In this document: piece after piece, positions 8,341-13,199 of the stretch
How positions within the stretch are numbered: the stretch's first letter is position 1
How the letters are laid out: each line of letters begins with the position of its first letter
From: Acidobacteriota bacterium
Lineage (GTDB): Bacteria; Acidobacteriota; UBA6911; RPQK01; JAPXNP01
NCBI GenBank assembly: GCA_020350445.1
Contig: CP070717.1
Coordinates: 408,343 to 421,541 of the forward strand
Length of the DNA stretch: 13,199 nt
Reading direction: 5' to 3'
Made by a program: the position numbers and the translations under genes
Notes under the pieces: model-generated
Database searches by the model: none
Told to the model about the DNA's origin: nothing
Seen by the model: the letters and a program-made list of their open reading frames with translations, nothing else

Positions 8341-8718
8341 GTGCAGTTTTCGATCGACCAGCGAAGCGGCGTTCCTTTCTACCGGCAAATCGTTGAACAG
8401 GTGAAATTCTCTGTAGCCCGGGGTGATCTCGAACCCGGCGACCGGCTCCCGACGATAAGGCAGCTGGCTGTTGACCTTGAGATCAATCTCAACACTGTGG
8501 CACGGGCTTACCGGGAGCTCGAGTATGAAGGGGTCATTGAGACCCAACAAGGCTCCGGTACATTTGTTGGTCAAAGAAAGCCTCAAGTGGATGAACTGGA
8601 AAGGCAAAGGATGCTCGACCAGATCCTTACGGAACTCCTGGCTCGAGCATCTGATTATGGCTTTACTGTCGCCGAGGTCTTTGATGGCCTTGGGCGTCGA
8701 AAGGAGAGTTCGTCATGA
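8341..8718 (+). CDS. Short GntR-family transcriptional regulator (YtrA/YhcF-like, HTH only, no effector domain)
   Basis: GntR HTH signature SGVPFYRQIVEQVKFSVARGDLEPGDRLPTIRQLAVDLEINLNTVARAYRELEYEGVIETQQGSGTFV. Only 125 aa. GTG start follows GAGGTTGAGG. Its stop overlaps the start of the next gene (ATGA at 8715-8718). Confidence 0.8.
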   Translation: MQFSIDQRSGVPFYRQIVEQVKFSVARGDLEPGDRLPTIRQLAVDLEINLNTVARAYRELEYEGVIETQQGSGTFVGQRKPQVDELERQRMLDQILTELLARASDYGFTVAEVFDGLGRRKESSS

Positions 8719-9812
8719 GTCACCGAACTAAGAGCACCGGAAAGGTCTTGGGGGGATTCAGTTTCGAAGGATTCGCAACCTCCCTCCGGGCCGACTTCAG
8801 GTTCGCTCCTCTGAATGCCTTTCTAATGGTATTGATCTTCGTCATTGGCCTGGTCCTCCACCTGAACACCTACGAATTCAGCGTCAAGGCCGTCACCTTC
8901 GCCCTCGGGTCTGCCCTTGGACTGGCAATCGGCTTACGGATCACCCAAGTCTGGGAATCGGTAGTCATCCTCGGGACCGCCGCCTGCCTCTTCATCTACC
9001 TCGAACTGCGCCCCTCCAGCGACATTCTGTTGGGAACGGTTGTCTGCGCGCTACTGGTCTCTCCTGCAGTTCAGATTGCTCTCCAGTGGGAGAAAGCGGT
9101 TGTACTTCGTTTCGGGAAGTTCAGAGGGCTTCGAAAGGCCGGGTTGTTCCTGCTGGTACCCATCGTCGACAAGGTGGCGCAGTTCGTCGACCAGCGAATC
9201 CGGGTGACCGATTTTAGTGCGGAAACGACACTGACTGCCGATACCGTCCCCGTCAATGTAGATGCAATCGCCTTCTGGATGGTCTGGGATGCGCAAAAGG
9301 CAGTTCTCGAAGTCGAACAGTTCGAAGACGCCGTTGTTCTGTCGGCTCAGACCGCATTGCGAAATGCCATTGGCCAAAATGACCTGGCGGTGCTGCTCTC
9401 GGAAAGAGACCGGCTGGGTCAGGAAATCCAGAAGCTCCTCGACGAGAAAACCAGCGCCTGGGGCGTCACAACGCAGGCTGTCGAGATCCGGGACATCATC
9501 ATTCCGAAGGGACTGGAGGATGCCATGTCACGGCAGGCCCAAGCGGAACGGGAACGGCAAAGCCGCATCATCCTCGGTACCGCCGAGACCGAGATCGCCG
9601 AAAAGTTCGCCAGGGCCTCGGAACACTACAAGAACAACTCGGTGGCGCTTCATCTGCGCGCGATGAACATGGTCTACGAGGGCCTCCGTCAAAAGGGTTC
9701 CATGATCATCGTTCCGTCAACTGCTGTCGAATCGATGGGTCTCGGAGCGCTGGGAGGGCTGACAGCATTCGACCGAGTTTCGGATCAGGACTCCCGGCAG
9801 GACAGGCCATAG
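8715..9812 (+). CDS. SPFH/band-7 (stomatin-like) membrane protein with an extended N-terminal region of about three TM helices
   Basis: Stomatin/band-7 core (WEKAVVLRFGKFRGLRKAGLFLLVPIVDKV...IRVTDFSAETTLTADTVPVNVDAIAFWMVWDAQKAV...EIRDIIIPKGLEDAMSRQAQAERERQ). About 115 aa of hydrophobic helices precede it. Translationally coupled to the upstream GntR gene. Confidence 0.85.
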   Translation: MSHRTKSTGKVLGGFSFEGFATSLRADFRFAPLNAFLMVLIFVIGLVLHLNTYEFSVKAVTFALGSALGLAIGLRITQVWESVVILGTAACLFIYLELRPSSDILLGTVVCALLVSPAVQIALQWEKAVVLRFGKFRGLRKAGLFLLVPIVDKVAQFVDQRIRVTDFSAETTLTADTVPVNVDAIAFWMVWDAQKAVLEVEQFEDAVVLSAQTALRNAIGQNDLAVLLSERDRLGQEIQKLLDEKTSAWGVTTQAVEIRDIIIPKGLEDAMSRQAQAERERQSRIILGTAETEIAEKFARASEHYKNNSVALHLRAMNMVYEGLRQKGSMIIVPSTAVESMGLGALGGLTAFDRVSDQDSRQDRP

Positions 9813-9819
9813 GCGATTT

Positions 9820-9872
9820 AGGGACACTGTTCTGGCTGGAGCTTTCTTTGGGGGCACTGTTCTGCTGGTGCT
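9820..9872 (+). repeat. Two direct copies, 30 bp apart, of AGGGACACTGTTCTGGCTGGAGC / GGGGCACTGTTCTGCTGGTGC. They belong to the same family as the upstream array and sit between the convergent SPFH and kinase genes.
   Basis: Copy 1 is at 9820-9842 and copy 2 at 9851-9872. They share GGGRCACTGTTCTG(G)CTGG and have the same orientation as the 12805-13107 array. Copy 2 overlaps the kinase stop codon (CTA at 9871-9873 on the + strand). Confidence 0.65.
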
Positions 9873-12723
9873 AAGGGTTCGAAGACACCAGATGTTCCAA
9901 TTCTTCGAACCAGTTGATCACCACTACCAGCTGGGTTTGCCCCGACAAAGGTACTTCGTCGCGTACGGTCAGGATGTGTTGGCCATCGGGCGAGAGATCC
10001 CAATCCCTTCCCCACTCAGAACTGTCGCTCACGACCATGTCGGACAACTGGAACAACCGCTGCGCAATTCCCGCCGTGAACGTTTCCCCTGCCTCTACGG
10101 CTGAAGACATAAGGTAGCCTCCACTGAGGAACAGTAACTCCTTTCCTTGAGGTCCCCAGAGCGGGTCCCTTCCTCCACCGGCTGAGATCTGCCAACGTCC
10201 TCGTTCCACTTCGGGGAATGGACGGACAAAAACCTCGACTCGGCCGGCTTCATCCGATGAATAGGCAATCCATCGACCGTCGGGAGAGATGGCCGGCTCA
10301 CTTTCATTGAATCTTGTTCTCAATAAAGGCTGCACAGCGTTATTCGCATCCAGGGAGAGTAGGTAAAGATCGGTGGACGTCTCGAATTCCAATCTCTGGA
10401 ACACCAGCGTTTTTCCATCCGGTGAAAACGTCCCCGGGATTTGAAGAATGCCGGAATCTGTCGTGAGCTGCTCCATCTGTCCCGTTCCATCAGCCGCCTT
10501 GCGGTAGAGATGGGATTCGCCGTCGCGATTTGAACTGAACACGACCGTTCTCCCGTCAGGCGACCAGATCGGAATCTGATTCAGGCCATCAAACGAAAGT
10601 CGGGTACTCATCGAACCTTCCAGGCCATGGATCCAGATATCTCCACCAGTCGAGTTGATTGCGGTCAGAGCCACTCGCTTACCGTCCGGTGAAATCCGCG
10701 GGAATGCATAGAACTGATCGTCCGCCAAAAGGTTGCCCTGCCCGGAGCGATCGAGCCAGACCAGTTCACTGACGATCGTGCCCGAGCCTCCTCCCGGGAT
10801 GTAGGCCAAAGATCCAGACTCGGAGACGCTGAAGTGGGCAGCGCCGGTGAACGCGCTGCCGGATTCACTGATTGTCTCGATCACCGAAATCGCCGCACCT
10901 TTCACCTCTGGGCGAATTGGATCAAAGGGCACGGCCCAAAGCGAGCCTTTCCAGGAATAGACGAGATGCCCCGAGGGAAGGTAACGGGCGTCCCTTCCGC
11001 CAGCAACCACAACCCGGCGCTCACCGCTCTTTAGCGACTGAACCACGATTTGAGCATCCTCCCAGTTACCACGAACGCCCAATGTAAAGAGCAGGTTCTG
11101 CCCTCCCGGCAGTAACTGCGGTCCGTGAGCCATCTCGCCCGCAGCTGCGTCCACCTCGATCAGTAACTTCTTATCACCGCCGTCGGCCGGCACCTCGAAG
11201 ATCCCCTCCGCTCCCTGCCCCAGAAGGATGAACTCCTCACTGGTCCAACTGGCCCCAAACGGGTTTTGGGACCGGCACAACGTCACTGGGGCCCCTCCAC
11301 CCAATGGGACCTTCCTCAATTCCCCTCCAGCCCAGAAGCCGATCCATCGGCCATCGGGAGAGAAGAAGGGGCTACGTCCTCCTCCCTCGAGTGTTCCGGG
11401 GATAGGTGCAGCCACCAGCTTGTCCATAGCACGGTGGTACAGCTGGCTGTTGGCGACATACACCAAGTCCTGTCCGTCGGGAGAAAGCGCCACCTGGTGA
11501 CGGCCCGGGTAGGAAAACTGCTGATCCTGTGGCAGGAAAACCGCAAACCGCGAGGTTGGACGGGTTACTGGAGCGTCGGGCCGAAGCATCCATCCCAGAA
11601 GGAAGATCCCTACCGCTAACCCCAGCGCCGCCCCTATAACCACTATTCTTTTTCTGGAAGAAGGTTCTGGGCTCTGCCCTGCCAGTGAACCGGCCTGATG
11701 CCCGAATGGATCCGCCAAGTATTCTTCAAGAGCAATTCGGACATCACCCATGGCCTGGACGCGTTGACTCACGTCCCGCCGCAGGCACCGCTTCAGAAGA
11801 TCCTTTATGGGAGCCGGGATAACCTTCGGCACCTGGCTCCACTCGGGATCCCGACTGATCACGAACGCAAGAATCTGAGACAGATCCTCTCCCTCGAACA
11901 CAGGGCGTCCGGTGAGCATTTCCCAGAGCACCACGCTGAAGGACCAAATGTCGGCTCGTCTATCAACCGGTCTTCCCCGGGCCTGCTCTGGGCTCATGTA
12001 GGCCGCCGTGCCCAAGATAATCCCTGCCTGGGTAGCGGCCATCGACATCGTCGGAGACTGGGAGAGACCTGAAATCGAAGACGGAGTTCCACCAACCGGA
12101 TCTTCGAGCGCCTTGGCCAAGCCAAAATCCAAGATCTTGACCGTTCCGTCAAACATCAGCTTGATGTTGGCCGGCTTCAGATCGCGATGGATAATTCCCT
12201 TGTCGTGCGCATTCTCCAGGGCCCTGGCGATCTGCAATGCAATCGGCAGCGCTTCGTCTAATGGGAGCGGCCCCCGGGAGATCCGTTCTGAGAGGTCTTC
12301 GCCTTCCACCAGTTCCATGACGAGGCACTTCGTGCCAGTTCTAGGTCTTCGGTATTGGGTGCCGGGTAATGCCTGTTCGGTCGACCGACCGGTGTCGCTT
12401 TCCGGAAGGCTTTCCATACGCGACTCGCGATTTTCGGGCCTTTTATCGAAATAGAGATCTTCGAGGCCGTAGATGGCGGCAATGTTCGGGTGGTTTAGCG
12501 ATGCCAGAACCTGCGCTTCCCGACTGAAGCGTCCCATGCGCTGTTCATCATTCGAAAACATTTCAGGAAGCAGCTTCAAAGCGACGTCCCGGTTCAACCG
12601 GGTATCCCGCGCACGATACACCTCACCCATGCCGCCCTGGCCAAGCTTCGCCGTGATCTCGTAGTGCCCGATCTTCTGTCCGATCAAATTAAATTCCAAA
12701 ATTTGGGAAAGAGATTTGTACAC
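9871..12723 (-). CDS. Hanks-type Ser/Thr protein kinase fused via one TM helix to a C-terminal TolB-like PD40/WD40-like beta-propeller
   Basis: Kinase motifs: GQGGMGEVY (P-loop), VALKLL, HRDLKPANI (catalytic loop), ILDFGLAKA (DFG), YMSPEQ (APE-like). TM helix IVVIGAALGLAVGIFLLGWML. Six or more PD40 repeats (FSPDGRWIGF, ISPDGKRVALT, WSPDGRTVVFSS, FSPDGKTLVF, ISPDGRWIAYSS, LSPDGQHILT). GTG start at 12721-12723 with no obvious SD, so the exact start is uncertain. Confidence 0.85.
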   Translation of the reverse strand: MYKSLSQILEFNLIGQKIGHYEITAKLGQGGMGEVYRARDTRLNRDVALKLLPEMFSNDEQRMGRFSREAQVLASLNHPNIAAIYGLEDLYFDKRPENRESRMESLPESDTGRSTEQALPGTQYRRPRTGTKCLVMELVEGEDLSERISRGPLPLDEALPIALQIARALENAHDKGIIHRDLKPANIKLMFDGTVKILDFGLAKALEDPVGGTPSSISGLSQSPTMSMAATQAGIILGTAAYMSPEQARGRPVDRRADIWSFSVVLWEMLTGRPVFEGEDLSQILAFVISRDPEWSQVPKVIPAPIKDLLKRCLRRDVSQRVQAMGDVRIALEEYLADPFGHQAGSLAGQSPEPSSRKRIVVIGAALGLAVGIFLLGWMLRPDAPVTRPTSRFAVFLPQDQQFSYPGRHQVALSPDGQDLVYVANSQLYHRAMDKLVAAPIPGTLEGGGRSPFFSPDGRWIGFWAGGELRKVPLGGGAPVTLCRSQNPFGASWTSEEFILLGQGAEGIFEVPADGGDKKLLIEVDAAAGEMAHGPQLLPGGQNLLFTLGVRGNWEDAQIVVQSLKSGERRVVVAGGRDARYLPSGHLVYSWKGSLWAVPFDPIRPEVKGAAISVIETISESGSAFTGAAHFSVSESGSLAYIPGGGSGTIVSELVWLDRSGQGNLLADDQFYAFPRISPDGKRVALTAINSTGGDIWIHGLEGSMSTRLSFDGLNQIPIWSPDGRTVVFSSNRDGESHLYRKAADGTGQMEQLTTDSGILQIPGTFSPDGKTLVFQRLEFETSTDLYLLSLDANNAVQPLLRTRFNESEPAISPDGRWIAYSSDEAGRVEVFVRPFPEVERGRWQISAGGGRDPLWGPQGKELLFLSGGYLMSSAVEAGETFTAGIAQRLFQLSDMVVSDSSEWGRDWDLSPDGQHILTVRDEVPLSGQTQLVVVINWFEELEHLVSSNP

Positions 12724-12804
12724 GCAGAATAATCTGGAAAGGGTGATTCTTGCAAGATTGATCCGGTTGTCTTCGTATCCTGCCCGGCTGAAAGCTTCTG
12801 AAAC

Positions 12805-13107
12805 GACTGCGTCAAAGGGACTGCGTCAAAGGGACACTGTTTACCGGTACTCAATAAAGGGACACTCTCTTTTTGTTCAATAAAGGGCCAAAGGATCAAA
12901 GGGACACTCTTTTGGTTGTTCGGCATGAGACTTAGGGACTCTGTCTTTGTGCCGGATTCAGGGAGCCGGAGTCAGGGACACTCTTTTTGTGCCCGAGTCA
13001 GAACACCCTCGCCAGGCCATCATCCGGGATGCTTCGAGAGATAGGGGCATGCTTCGAGATAGGGGCACTGAATTTTGCACCGACAAAGGGACACTCACCC
13101 TTTTTTG
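12805..13107 (+). repeat. Array of about eight degenerate same-orientation direct repeats with consensus (C)AAAGGGACACTCTTTTTGTGCCGG, with local tandem micro-duplications, in the kinase-upstream intergenic region
   Basis: Copies at about 12828 (caaagggacactgtttaccgg), 12856 (taaagggacactctctttttg), 12882 (partial aataaagggcc), 12896 (caaagggacactcttttgg), 12932 (ttagggactctgtctttgtgccgg), 12972 (tcagggacactctttttgtgccc), 13041/13059 (agataggggcatg / agataggggcactgaattttgcaccg), 13085 (caaagggacactcaccctttttt). Tandem duplicates: gactgcgtcaaaggg x2 (12805-12833); gcttcgagagataggggca x2 (13030-13066). Spacing is irregular (14-69 bp), so this is not CRISPR-like. Confidence 0.7.
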
Positions 13108-13184
13108 AGAAATTTCGTCCAAAATCTCGCAGATTTCCAAACTCGGACGTTACTGCTCTACAGAGGTTGATTGGAAAAGCCTCG

Positions 13185-13192
13185 AAAGGAGA
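13185..13192 (+). promoter_or_regulatory. Shine-Dalgarno-like AAAGGAGA at the window edge, implying a + strand gene that starts just beyond nt 13199
   Basis: cgAAAGGAGAagaaacc at the extreme 3' end. No long + strand ORF lies within 12724-13199. Confidence 0.35.
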
Positions 13193-13199
13193 AGAAACC

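Noticed and set aside
12805-13107. Possibility that the repeat array is a CRISPR array
   Set aside because: Repeat units are only about 20 nt and degenerate, spacing is irregular (14-69 bp) with immediate tandem duplications, and there are no cas genes in the window. This is inconsistent with CRISPR repeat-spacer architecture.
12684-13140. Small minus-strand ORFs (80 aa at 12684-12926; 60 aa at 12958-13140) across the kinase-upstream region
   Set aside because: Their amino-acid sequences merely echo the DNA direct repeats (VSVPL, SVPL, MPLSL, VSLTP). They have no SD and no start context, and they lie in a low-GC intergenic repeat array, so they are not credible genes.

Overview
Thirteen-kb, high-GC bacterial chromosomal window with eight protein-coding genes and no rRNA, tRNA, CRISPR or recognisable mobile-element genes. 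The gene content suggests a soil Acidobacteriota-like lineage, but that is inference from gene types only. In order: a 5'-truncated YdeI/OmpD-associated family gene (+); three large secreted beta-repeat proteins, namely an HAF-repeat protein (-), a DUF5666-like/Calx-beta-like protein with a poly-acidic tail (+), and an FG-GAP propeller protein (-); a CadC/ToxR-like membrane-anchored winged-helix regulator with a TPR-like periplasmic region (+), divergent from the FG-GAP gene; a translationally coupled short GntR regulator plus multi-TM SPFH/band-7 protein pair (+), preceded by an AT-rich operator-like island; and a Hanks-type Ser/Thr kinase fused through one TM helix to a TolB/PD40 beta-propeller (-). 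The feature not explained by gene annotation is a family of about ten same-strand short direct repeats with the core AGGGACACT(C/G)T. They are confined to the two intergenic regions flanking the kinase gene: about eight degenerate copies with local tandem duplications upstream, and two 30-bp-spaced copies at its 3' end. A further + strand gene appears to start just beyond the window end, where an RBS sits at 13185-13192.
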